Assembly: GCF_001194135.2 (NCBI RefSeq)
Contig: NC_068997.1
Location: 14,239,234 to 14,303,233 of the forward strand
Length of the DNA: 64,000 nt
DNA from: Octopus bimaculoides
Lineage: Eukaryota
Direction of reading: 5' to 3'
Shown here: in pieces, positions 11,190-23,124 of the stretch
Numbering within the stretch: position 1 is the stretch's first letter
How the letters are laid out: each line of letters begins with the position of its first letter
The notes under the pieces: model-generated
The model's input: only the letters and a program-made list of their open reading frames with translations
Databases searched by the model: none
Told to the model about the DNA's origin: nothing
Program-made: the position numbers and the translations under genes

Positions 11190-12108
11190 TTTTGCTAGAA
11201 ATTATTGATAACATTATGCTGGTCATTATCAGCATCATTATTATTATCATTATTATTATTATTATTATTATTACTAGTATTGTTGTTATTACCACTATCA
11301 TCATCATCGTCCTTAATTAACTTTCTCATTATTACGTTTTTGTTGGTGTTGTTGTTGTTGTTGCTGTCAGAGCCATTACAGTGCACGAAACATACACACA
11401 GTGATGACGTCAGCTGATAAAGAGCAAGCTGAGTTGACAAATAGAAATTACTAGAATGGAAAACATTGTCCAGAATGTTCTTGGGTGTGAAAATTGAATT
11501 ATAAATGATAGCAATGGTTGAATGAGAGAAATGGAAAACAAGAAGAGTAGTGGTGGTGGTAGTGGTGGTGGTGGTGGTGAGGAGGAGGTTGATGGGGGTA
11601 GTTGGCGCTAGGTAAAGTGTGGGCAGACAAAAAGGTTGTGGTGGTGGTGGTTATGATGGTGGTAGTGATGGTGGTTGTGTTGGTGGCAGTGGTGGTGGTG
11701 ACGGTGGAGGTAGTAGTGGTGGTGGTGAGGAAGAGGTTGATGGGGGTAGTTGGCGCTAGGTAAAGTGTGGGCAGACGAAAAGGTGATGGTGGTTGTGTTG
11801 GTGACGGCGGAGGTAGTTGTGGTGGTGGTAGTGATTGTGATGGTGGTAGTGATTGTGATGGTGGTTGCATTGTTGTTGTTGTTGTTGCTGGTGGTGTTGG
11901 TTATGGTGGTTGTGGTGGTTGTGATGGTGGTGGTGTATGCTTAAAATATGTGTGAGGAGGCACAGTTGAGAAAGTGTTAGTATAAGTGAAAGAGAAAGAC
12001 AGAAAAATCAAGAGTAGAGATAAGTGTTCTGCTGGGAAAGAGAGGGGGTGGCAAAAAGAGGGAGAGAGAGAGAGAGAGAGAGAGAGGTGGTAAAGTGAGA
12101 GAGCAGGG

Positions 12109-12148
<40 letters not shown>

Positions 12149-12315
12149 AGTGTGTGTGTGTGTGTGTGTGTGTGTGGCCTGTATGTTTTCTGTACTCTGG
12201 TTATTATTTTTTTGTCTACGTTTTGTTTGCAACGTCCTGTACCCAGATATGCATCTATATATACAGGTAGATGTAGGTATGCACATACATGTACGTATAT
12301 ATGCCTATACTCATT

Positions 12316-12412
<97 letters not shown>

Positions 12413-12760
12413 GACAGTGAGACAGACAGAAAAGAAGTATAAAAATTATTCTTAACCAATATAAAATATCTTTTTTGTTTTCCCTTGTTTCACACTCATA
12501 TTCAGGTAACACTTTGCCAACGTTGAAGGGTTAAAGATGTTATCTAGCAAAAGTGGGCACACTCATTGACTTCACAGGCTCTGCAATAGTAATTAGCAAC
12601 ACAACATTTCTTTAGGATAGATGAAAGTTGACTACTGTGAGTTCACGTTCTGGAGTGGATGTTAATGTGGAACGGGTGCACACAATACAGGTTATGCCAA
12701 AAGTAAAAATGAATAGTTGAAAATGGCCAGGATGAAACACTGGAATGAAACTAGCCAAAT

Positions 12761-12972
12761 TTAACCCTTTGGCATTTAGATTACTCATATTTCTTCACAT
12801 ACTTTGGAATTAATCAGGCATTATCTCATAGCTTCAGGACCTTGATGATTTGATTGTTTATTTTTAGAATGACATTGTAGGATAGACGTCAAAGGCAGGA
12901 TGTGGCTGGTTTGACCATAAGAGTTTGAATATTTGGGCCAAATATGGCTGGTTTAAAATGCTAAAAGGTCAA
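12761..12972. mobile_element. Non-autonomous MITE with TTAACCCT... termini (piggyBac-like)
   Basis: Left end TTAACCCTTTGGCATTT and right end AAATGCTAAAAGGTCAA are imperfect inverted repeats including TTAA; related copy at 61717-61932. Confidence 0.55.
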
Positions 12973-13528
12973 AGAGCAGAGGCCAATGTAGTAGCAAGCC
13001 ATTGGACCAAGTTATAAGTTGGAAGACATTTGTTCTGCTTCCTACACAAGTTGTGGATCTCTGACTTCGTTTCTCTCTACCTTCTCCACATCACTGATCT
13101 CAAGAGATCTTTCAAAGGTTAAATGCACAGCCGGTCTGTCCCCTTCCAATCTGACTATCATGCAAGATTAAAAAAAAAAAAGAAAAAAACTAAACAAGAC
13201 AGATTGGCTAAAAGACTGCAATGCAGTGAGCCAAAAGAATGGTAAGAGAGAAATAACATATAATCAGAATTTGTTTTCTTCGGAATTTTCAGTAAATAAA
13301 TTCCATGTCAAAGCAGGAAAGATTTCTAATTAGACAAGAATTAATTAATGGATAAAAATTGGCAACATGGCTAATAAACTGTAGAGCAGGATAAATCACA
13401 GAGTAAACAAGACAAATGATAATGATGATAATGTTAATGATGATGATGATGATGATGATGACAACAACGATGATGATGACAACAACGATGATGATGATGA
13501 TGATGATGATGATGACGATGACAACAAC

Positions 13529-13564
<36 letters not shown>

Positions 13565-14852
13565 GATGTTGATGATCTTCCACATGGATGATCATTATGC
13601 TGTTCTGTTACTCTGACAATCTGCGATGGTGATGTTGTGGTGGTAGTGGGGGGGGTTGCTGATGTAATTGGAGTTGTGGCAATAGTGGTGGTGATGGTGG
13701 TGGTGGTAGTGGTGGTGGTGGTGGTGGTGGTAGTAGCAGTGGTGCTTGGTGATGTATCTGAGGTTGTGAAATGGCAGAGGGTGTTGGTCGGGTGGGTGAG
13801 GTGGTTAACAGTGTAAGTCGATAGGTTGATGACTCTGATGGTGATGGTGGTGGTTGTGATGTGTATGGCAGTTGAGGTGTAGTGGGAGTTGTGATGTGGT
13901 AATATTTGATAGTATGTATAACAACGATGATGACGATGATAATGATAATAGTTGTGATGGAGGTGGTAGTGGTGGTGGTAGTTGTAGAGTTGATGTTGGT
14001 AGTTGGCAGGATGTAAGAATGGTTGTTGTGATACAGTGAATGTGATGATAGTCTGTGATGTTGTTGGATTAATATTCAGAGAGAGAGAGAAGGGGAAAGG
14101 GAGAGAGAGAAGGAGAAAGAGAGAGAGAGAGAAGATGGGAGAGAGATAGAAGGGGAGAGGGAGAAGATGGGAGAGAGAGAGAAGGGGAGAGGGAGAGAGA
14201 AATGGGAGGAGTAGGAGATAAGGCAAAAAAACAAAATGTTGTTTTGGTGTGAGTAATTATCAATGTTAATTACAAATTATAAATATCAAAATTAGTAAAA
14301 CACACAAAAAATTACATCTGAGCATGCAGAGTGGGGTGGGGTGGGTATATAGGTAGATGTGTGGATAGATTAAATTAGTAAATATGTAAATAGGTTGATA
14401 GGAGTGAATAGCAGAAGAAATATTGGTAGGGAAGAAAAAAGAATGGCAAGCGGACAGGTAGGTAGGTAGGTAGGTAGGTCACTTGGTAGGTATGAAGTTA
14501 GGTAGATGGGTATGTTGATAGATAGCTACTTGGGTAGATGGATGGATAACCAGACAGACAGACAGAAAGAGAGAGAGATAAAGAGAGAGAGAGAGGGGGT
14601 AGGGGAGTGAGGAGGATATTGTGCAAAATAGTTCTGAACCATTTCTATGAGTATATATATCATCAATCTGTGTATATGAAGAAGAATTTATGTATGCACG
14701 TATGTATCTATACATGTATATATTTGCGTGTGCATGTGTGTGTGTGTGTGTGTGTGTTGATGAGTATGTGGATTTATCTATACATATGTATGTATTCATA
14801 GATGTATGTGTGTATATGTGTGTATGCATATATATATATATGTATGTATGTA

Positions 14853-14936
<84 letters not shown>

Positions 14937-14959
14937 CATGCATACATATACATTATATA

Positions 14960-15011
<52 letters not shown>

Positions 15012-15829
15012 TTATGTTAAGATTTCAAATTTCAAGGCTTCATTACTCAAGTTTCATCCCTGCTATGGGCAATCTTCAGTTAGAGTGCATTCCGATATGT
15101 ATACAGGTGAGAGAGAATGACTGACAGAGACAGAGAGAGAGAGAGAGAGACAGGGAGCCAAGGTAAAGAAAGAGAGAGAGAGAAGGAAACAGAAATAGTG
15201 TTGGTATGCCTATATGCATGAATGAGTTAGCAAACGCATGTCTGTATGAGAGCGAGAGAGAGAATGAAAGAGAGTAAATATAACTTTATCTGAATGTGTG
15301 TTTTTAAGTACACACATTTATACTCTCTTCCTTAAGTTTCCATATATGTGTTTGTATGTGTATTACACACACATGCATTTACGTACACACAGACACACAC
15401 ACACACACACACACATGTGCGTGTACATAACAGAAAAAATATATTTTAAAAATTAAAACATTTCTTTTGAAGATTGCCTCTAGCTCGCATGAAACTCTAG
15501 TAACGAATGTTGGAGATGCTTAATCCAAACATTAATAAATGCATTATCATAATCATCGTCATCATCAGCATCAGTCTCACCATCATCACCAACTCAACCT
15601 CCACCACCACCACCACCAAACATCTGTTTATCCATGATGGCATATATCTATAGACTCTACCACAGTTATTGAGTACTCTCATCATGTTTGAGATCCTAGA
15701 ACCACTAATCCATTCACACACACACATATATATATATATATGTCGGTGTCACATAACCAGTCCATTTAGAGTATCCTTCAATTTTCAAGCAATATGCTGT
15801 GTTTGAGAAGACCTGTTGAGTCAAGTGAA

Positions 15830-16135
15830 ATTGTTATCGTGGTCAATGCCAGTGCCGCCGGACAGGCACCCGTGCTAGTGGCACACAAAAAGCACCATTC
15901 AAGCATGGTCGATGCCAGTGCTGCCTGACTGCCCCCCCCCTTGCCAGTGGCACATAAAAAGCACCCACTACACTCTCAGGGTGGTTGGCGTTAGGAAGGG
16001 CATCCAGCTGTAGAAACCTTGCCAGATCAGATTGGAGCCTGGTACAGCCTCCTGGTTTGCCGGTCCTCAGCCAAACCGTCCAACCCATGCCAGCATGGAA
16101 AGCGGACGTTAAACGACGATGATGATGATGATGAT
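15830..16135 (+). mobile_element. RTE-LINE 3' UTR/tail-type repeat (family C), well preserved
   Basis: GTGGCAC(G/A)TAAAAAGCACCCACTACACTCTC..GTGGTTGGCGTTAGGAAGGGCATCCAGCTGTAGAAAC...CCATGCCAGCATGGAAAGCGGACGTTAAACGA + (GAT)n tail; the same tail follows RTE ORF2 coding sequence at 57105-57640. Confidence 0.8.
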
Positions 16136-17034
16136 NNNNNNNNNNNNNNNNNNNNNNNNNNNNNNNNNNNNNNNNNNNNNNNNNNNNNNNNNNNNNNNNN
16201 NNNNNNNNNNNNNNNNNNNNNNNNNNNNNNNNNNNNNNNNNNNNNNNNNNNNNNNNNNNNNNNNNNNNNNNNNNNNNNNNNNNNNNNNNNNNNNNNNNNN
16301 NNNNNNNNNNNNNNNNNNNNNNNNNNNNNNNNNNNNNNNNNNNNNNNNNNNNNNNNNNNNNNNNNNNNNNNNNNNNNNNNNNNNNNNNNNNNNNNNNNNN
16401 NNNNNNNNNNNNNNNNNNNNNNNNNNNNNNNNNNNNNNNNNNNNNNNNNNNNNNNNNNNNNNNNNNNNNNNNNNNNNNNNNNNNNNNNNNNNNNNNNNNN
16501 NNNNNNNNNNNNNNNNNNNNNNNNNNNNNNNNNNNNNNNNNNNNNNNNNNNNNNNNNNNNNNNNNNNNNNNNNNNNNNNNNNNNNNNNNNNNNNNNNNNN
16601 NNNNNNNNNNNNNNNNNNNNNNNNNNNNNNNNNNNNNNNNNNNNNNNNNNNNNNNNNNNNNNNNNNNNNNNNNNNNNNNNNNNNNNNNNNNNNNNNNNNN
16701 NNNNNNNNNNNNNNNNNNNNNNNNNNNNNNNNNNNNNNNNNNNNNNNNNNNNNNNNNNNNNNNNNNNNNNNNNNNNNNNNNNNNNNNNNNNNNNNNNNNN
16801 NNNNNNNNNNNNNNNNNNNNNNNNNNNNNNNNNNNNNNNNNNNNNNNNNNNNNNNNNNNNNNNNNNNNNNNNNNNNNNNNNNNNNNNNNNNNNNNNNNNN
16901 NNNNNNNNNNNNNNNNNNNNNNNNNNNNNNNNNNNNNNNNNNNNNNNNNNNNNNNNNNNNNNNNNNNNNNNNNNNNNNNNNNNNNNNNNNNNNNNNNNNN
17001 NNNNNNNNNNNNNNNNNNNNNNNNNNNNNNNNNN

Positions 17035-17087
<53 letters not shown>

Positions 17088-17304
17088 TATGTGTGTATGT
17101 AAATAGAGAACAATAAGAATGAGTGCTCAATGTCACATTGGTTGATAAAAATTCCTTATTTCTGGATGAAGTCTATCCGTGTTCATCCTAATTTTGGATT
17201 AAAGTCCAGAATGGAAATAAACACCAATGTTACATGTGATAGGACTAAAACAAGTAAAATATATGAAAGAATATATGCACACGCACACAACACACATATA
17301 TTCT

Positions 17305-17902
17305 GTGTGATAAGAAGCCCACTTCTCAACCACATGGTTCTGAGTTCAGTTTCAATGCATGGCACTTTGGGTAAGTACCTTCTACTATTGCCTCGAGCTG
17401 CCCAAAGGCTTGTGAGTGGTGGATGGAAACTAAAAGTAATTAACACCTTGGGCAAGTCTCTTCTACTATAGCTTCAGGTCGACCAAAGCCTTGTCAGTGG
17501 ATTTGGTTGAAAGGACAGAAAGGCGGTGAGCTGGCAGAAACGTTACCCTGCCGGGCAAAATGCTTAGCAGTATTTCGTCTGCCGTTACATTCTGAGTTCA
17601 AATTCTGCCGAGGTTGACTTTTCATCCTTTCAGGGTTGATAAATTAAGTACCAGTCACGCACTGGGGTTGATGTAATCGACTTAATCCCTTTGTCTGTCT
17701 TTGTTTGTCCCCTCTGTGTTTAGCCCCTTGTGGGCAACAGAGAAATAAGAAACTGAAAGAAGTCCGTCATATATATATATATGTATGTATGTATGTGCGT
17801 GTGTGCATGTGTTTGTGTGTCTGTGTTTGTCCCCTCAACATCGCTTGACAACCGATGCTGGTGTGTTTATGTCCTCGTAACTCAGCGGTTCGGCAAAAGA
17901 GA
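17305..17902 (+). mobile_element. SINE family B copy interrupted by a SINE family A insertion
   Basis: B body breaks after GGATTTGGTTGAAAGG (~17515) and resumes at AACTGAAAGAAGTCCG (17751); runs into an N gap at 17903. Confidence 0.7.
17522..17750 (+). mobile_element. Near full-length tRNA-derived SINE family A
   Basis: GGCGGTGAGCTGGCAGAAACGTT (A-box-like), GAGTTCAAATTC (B-box-like), central CATCCTTTCAGGGTTGATAAATTAAGTACCAG, tail AGCCCCTTGTGGGCAACAGAGAAATAAGA. Confidence 0.8.
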
Positions 17903-18150
17903 NNNNNNNNNNNNNNNNNNNNNNNNNNNNNNNNNNNNNNNNNNNNNNNNNNNNNNNNNNNNNNNNNNNNNNNNNNNNNNNNNNNNNNNNNNNNNNNNNN
18001 NNNNNNNNNNNNNNNNNNNNNNNNNNNNNNNNNNNNNNNNNNNNNNNNNNNNNNNNNNNNNNNNNNNNNNNNNNNNNNNNNNNNNNNNNNNNNNNNNNNN
18101 NNNNNNNNNNNNNNNNNNNNNNNNNNNNNNNNNNNNNNNNNNNNNNNNNN

Positions 18151-18191
<41 letters not shown>

Positions 18192-19847
18192 GAGTGTGTC
18201 TTGCTGCATGCGTTTAACCCCCACCACTGTTTGACAATCGATATTGGTTCATTTGCATCTTTGTTACTTAGCAATTTGGCAAACGTGACTGATAGAATAA
18301 ATACCAGGCTTAAAATTAATTAGTGGGGGTTAATTTGTTTGAGCAAACACTTCAAATACATTGCCCCAGCATGGTCACAATCCAATAATGACTGAAACAA
18401 GTAAAAGATTAATATATGTATATATGTATATATGTGCGTATGTATGTATATATATATATATATGTGTGTGTGTGTATCTATATATATATATTTGTATATG
18501 TATGTATTTAACCACAACAAATTCTGTAAAAAAACAATACAAAACATACAGTAAATTTGGAAGAAACTGCTAAATCTAAATACCAACAAAAAAATAAAAA
18601 ATATAAATAAATTAAACCAACCTAATAATTATCAAATTAATTGCTTTGCTGATACATTATTATAATGTTCATCAAATGAAATTTTGTATGCTTTAGGGTA
18701 AATGAGAATTATTCAGTTTATCAGCTGCGATCTTTTTACAAAGTTGAAATATGTCTCAAACAGAACTGTTCATTTTGAAGTGATTATATTTAAATCTAAA
18801 TGTACCCTTATAAATTTATAAGCCCCTTTTGTTATATTATATATTCTAAGATTTAACTTAATAATGAAAATTTCATTTACATTATTAAATCCAGCTAAAA
18901 TTCTTCATTCACATGTAATTCAAAGCAGTGAATTGTATTGGAAATAACGGTACAAACTGTTTAAACCCTTGCTGATGAGATCCAATAAGAATGAAATATG
19001 TGAAGAGTTGTCTCCTATACTTGATAAAATTATTTAAAATACTATTCGCCATTAACGTTGTTTCACTCTATAATTAGTGATAATTAGTTCCTAATTAGTT
19101 CATTCATTATTCCCTGCATTCATTTATATTAACTAAACTATATTTTAATCTAGATGTGAATGGATAGAAAATTAAATATGATTTCATAGTATGAAGTAGA
19201 AAGGAAATAAATAGCTTCCAGTGTTTTAATAGGTCTACAATTTTGGAGGGAGTTCAATAACTTAATGAAAGAGCAAGGACAGCACCCATTACCATTCTCA
19301 GACTTTAAAGACTGGCAGAATAAAAGAGGAAGTTAGATTTAGACAAGAAATTTACTCTGAATAATTACTATAAAGTACTTAGGGCAAAGCATTCATTTTT
19401 CTGTAAATTCATGAAAACGACTTTTAAATGATTTGAAGATAACCTGTTCATTCTTTTTTTTTTTTTTTTCTCTTTTTCAACATATTTTGCAAGATAACCA
19501 TTATCCTTAGCGTTTTAACTCAACTATTTCTAAATGTGAAATCTGATTCAAATCCTCATTTTTTTGTTGTTTTTTAGCTGTGAGATGAACAGTTTCAATT
19601 TCATTTTGAATGCATTGATATCATTTACTTAGCTAAAAAAAGCTATTTGTTCATCATCGTCTACATTTTCAAATTTAGATCATTAACATTAACTAAAAAT
19701 GTTAAACCAAATAGCAAGTTGTTATTGCATGAAGTGGCTCTTTCTTCAGCCAGCTAATTTTTCTCTGCTAGAAAATCACAAACAATAGATTCTAGCTTTC
19801 AAAACACTTAATTTTACCATGGTATTTCATAACTGTAAATATAATAT

Positions 19848-20118
19848 TCTTTTATTTGTTTCAGTCATTTGACTGTGGCCATGCTGGAGCACAGCCGTTA
19901 GTCGAGCAAATCGCCCCCAGGACTTATTGTTTGTAGGACTAGTACTTATTCTATTGGTCAATTTTGCCAAACTGCTAAGTTACGAGGACATAAACACACC
20001 AGCATCAGTTGTCAGGCAATGGTGGTGGGGACAAACACAGACACACACACATATATATATATATATGTATATGTATATACGACAGGCTTCTTTCAGTTTC
20101 TGTCTACCAAATCCACTC
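19848..20118 (-). mobile_element. SINE family B, 3' portion
   Basis: TTGTTTCAGTCATTTGACTGTGGCCATGCTGGAGCAC...AAACACACCAGCATC...TTTCAGTTTC..TCTACCAAATCCACTC, the reverse complement of the family B 3' half. Confidence 0.8.
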
Positions 20119-20860
20119 AGTGTATGTGCTTGTTTTTTGTGTATGCATGCACACATTTGTCTACATGTTAACTTATTCATAAATTACCCCCACATGTGGT
20201 GCAAGAGGTGCTGTTGTTTTTAATTTCCCTCGTCAACAAATCATACTCTGGCTTTTTTGCATTCGACCAAGTGTGAAGGAAGAGATCCCTTGCTTGAAAG
20301 ACAGGTAAGAGTTGGCAATAGGAAGGGCATCTGTTTGTGAAATATCACCTCTACAATACACTCCGCAAACTTATGATTGCATGGAAATATAAATGTAGTA
20401 CAACAACAATGATGAATGTATTTATGTAGACAGAAGCTGTGATATTTTACATGATTATCCAAAATGTCTTCCAGCTAAATTCTAATACCAACAGCACTAT
20501 AACTTTACTAAGTAACAGTTTCAGCAGTAGATACACTTACAAGGTTTCTAAAATCTAGTGGTAGATTTTCCAAACATGGCTTTGCTTTATCAAATACATC
20601 ATCAGACCTTCTTTTTTTACTTCCATGTAATTAAGTGATTCTAAAATTGTCGCCAACTTTTCTAATAAAAATACTTACCTTGTTATATGTGATAGATTCA
20701 TTTTACATTAAATAAAATAAAGTACAAATACAGAAAGTGTCTCTCTTATGATAAAATGCATCACAAGAAATTTCTTTGATGCTTCACTTACAAAACAATT
20801 CTATCGACATTTCTTTAAAAATTTTCACTGCCAAAACATCTGGAGATAAGGCAGCTTTAC

Positions 20861-21134
20861 TCTTTTACTTGTTTCAGTCATTTGACTGCAGCCATGCTGG
20901 AGCACCACCTTTAGTCGAGCAAATCGCCCCCAGAGCTTATTCTTTGTAAGCCTAGTACTTATTCTATCGGTCTCTTTTTGCCGAACTGCTAAGTTACAGG
21001 GACGTAAACACACCAGCATCGGTTGTCAAGCAATGTTGGGGGGACAAAGACAGCACACAAACATATACACACAAACACATATATATACAGATATACGACG
21101 GGCTTCTTTCAGTTTCCGTCTACCAAATCCACTC
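20861..21134 (-). mobile_element. SINE family B, 3' portion
   Basis: Highly similar to 19848-20118 and 59295-59724. Confidence 0.85.
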
Positions 21135-21289
21135 TGTTCTCTTTTGGCCAATGCATAAGCATATTCATTGCACAATTTTTTTGTTGCCCAAATTGAACAA
21201 CTTTAATCATGAAATATATTGTGTTTGCTTTTTTTTCTGTAACTCAGACCCAAACACTAATACCAGTTTTCACTATTTTAGTATGTCGG

Positions 21290-21830
21290 AGTGTTTGAGT
21301 GTTTTTATGGTCTCTACAATTATAATCTGGTAAATAAACATGCCAAGAGGGATTTCTCTAAGACCTGTTTCTTGAAGTGTCCCCACTTTAATGAGAAGAC
21401 AACCTCTACCATTTACAAGGCTATCCGCAGGGAAGGCCTAGGCGTCCTACATAAACCTCTATCAACAAAGGGGTCACACACCGATAAACAGCTCTGCATA
21501 CTGGCAAACTTTTCCATTTGCAACACTAACATGTGCCTATGTGCATATGTGGTATACCAGATACGATGCTTCAAATGCAATTCCTGTTACTTCAGTGGCA
21601 CAATCTTACCATTCCACATCTGAATGAAGGAAAATCTCACTACCAACGCATCTTTCTTCCACAAATACCAAATCGAATGCAGCAACACTACTTTAAAGAT
21701 AAACACCTCTATATAGGTTTCAGTGAAGAACAATGGAAATCTTTGTATCAAGGAAGTTATATTGATCCACTGGCTCAACCTAAAAATTAACAGTTGATCG
21801 AAGATGAGCCAGTGGCTCCTGTGAAAACAT
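21290..21830 (+). mobile_element. Decayed Penelope-like element, GIY-YIG endonuclease region
   Basis: Frame of ORF 21291..21623 read through stops: ...TIYKAIRREGL...CILANFSICNTNMCLCAYVVYQIRCFKCNSCYFSGTILPFHI*MKENL...FHKYQIEC...NLCIKEVILIHWLNLKINS*SKMS, fitting the PLE pattern VVYQITCxxCxxxYIGxTxRxLxxRxKEH...LxIKEAxxI...INS. Confidence 0.7.
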
Positions 21831-22164
21831 CCTGGCATCTGTGACCAAGATCATAACATACTCCACCAATGCCATCTTCCACCACCACCACCACCACCAC
21901 CACATGAAAGTACGTTATAATGACCAACACTTGGAGAGTTGCTGCTACTGCTAGCCCAAATGCCAAGCAGTTTAAATAAAATGACAAAACTGATATAAGT
22001 AGACATTTTTTGGACCGCTTCCTTCTAAGAATGAGCCTTTGTGCCTCAAATATAAAGGTTTTTGTAAAACTTTCTGCATTGTTTGAAGCTGTCTTTATTT
22101 TCCTTTTCTTATTCTACTTATATATATATTTCATTTTCTACTTTTATATATATATATATATATA

Positions 22165-22363
22165 TTATTATGATTGACCGTTGACTGAACACTATTCAAT
22201 TTTTTTTCTCCGTGTTTTTCTCCTTGTCTCCGTATTCTTTCTGTTGAAGAGCGTAGCTCGAAACGTCAAAGACTTTCCGTATTCCCGAGCGTCATACTAA
22301 TATATACTTTTGTTATTTACACCACCTGTCCTCGTCTGTTGTTATTTTTTGTATAATCTCCCA
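22165..22363 (+). mobile_element. Short (TA)n-flanked repeat carrying a minimal hammerhead-like motif
   Basis: Flanked by (TA)n on both sides; shares GAAGAG...GCTC(G)AAA...TTTC...CC.GAG.GTC...CTAATA...GTCCTCG...TGT...CCA(TA)n with 56890-57100. Confidence 0.55.
22236..22272 (+). ncRNA. Minimal type I hammerhead ribozyme-like motif (core substitution)
   Basis: Stem I TCTTT(22236-40):AAAGA(22268-72); core CTGTTGA (A6 replaced by T) plus extra A; stem II GAGC-GTA-GCTC; GAAA; palindromic ACGT stem III; GUC triplet. Confidence 0.5.
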
Positions 22364-22391
22364 TATATATATATATATATATATACATATG

Positions 22392-22712
22392 AGGATACAT
22401 GGCTTAGTTGTTCGGGAGTTCAGCTCATGATTTTAAAGTCATGAGTTCGATTCCTAGGGGCACATTGTGTCCTTGAGCAAGACACTTTTTATTTCAAGTT
22501 GCTCCAGTTTACTCAGCTGGTAAAATGAATAGTACCTGTAATTGAAAGGGACAGCCTTGTTGCATTCTGTGTCTGAATCTCCCTGAGAACTATGTTAAGA
22601 GTATGTGTGCCTGTGGAGTGCTCAGCCGCATGCACCTTGATTTCACAAGCAGGCTGTTACCTTGATCAGATCAGCTCAAACACTCATTGTTATAACTAAT
22701 GGAGTACTAGTC
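22392..22712 (+). mobile_element. tRNA-derived SINE family E (degenerate)
   Basis: ATGGCTTAGTTGTT...GAGTTCGATTCC...GTGTCCTTGAGCAAGACACTT head; 3' domain shared with family D. Confidence 0.65.
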
Positions 22713-22739
22713 TAATCTAAATATATATTTATGCATATA

Positions 22740-23124
22740 TGTTGTTGGCACTCTGTCACTTACGATGTCAAGGGTTCCTGTTGATCCGATCAATGGAACA
22801 GCCTGCTCATGAAATTAACGTGCAAGTGGATGAGCACTCAACAGACACGTGTACCCTTAACGTAGTTCTCGAGGATATTCAGCGTGACACAGTGTGACAA
22901 GGCTGACCCTTTGGATTACAGGCACAACAGAAACCGGAAGTAAGAGTAAGAGAAAGTTGTGGTGAAAGAGTACAGCAGGGTTCGCCACCATCCACTGCCA
23001 GAGCCTCGTGGAGCTTTAGGTGTTTTCGCTCAATAAACACTCACAACGCCCGGTCTGGGAATCGAAACTGCGATCTTATGACTGCGAGTCCACTGCCCTA
23101 ACCACTGGGCCATTGCGCCTCCAC
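22740..23124 (-). mobile_element. tRNA-derived SINE family D, near full length
   Basis: Minus-strand head GTGGAGGCGCAATGGCCCAGTGGTTAGGGCAGTGGACTCGC...GTTTCGATTCCCAG; about 85-90% similar by eye to 32510-32895. Confidence 0.85.

Noticed and set aside
13070-13154. Possible minus-strand exon RLEGDRPAVHLTFERSLEISDVEK
   Set aside because: Acceptor and donor only moderate, peptide unrecognised; could be a retroelement relic.
21533-21790. 85-aa plus ORF MPMCICGIPD...
   Set aside because: Alternative frame of the decayed Penelope-like endonuclease region.
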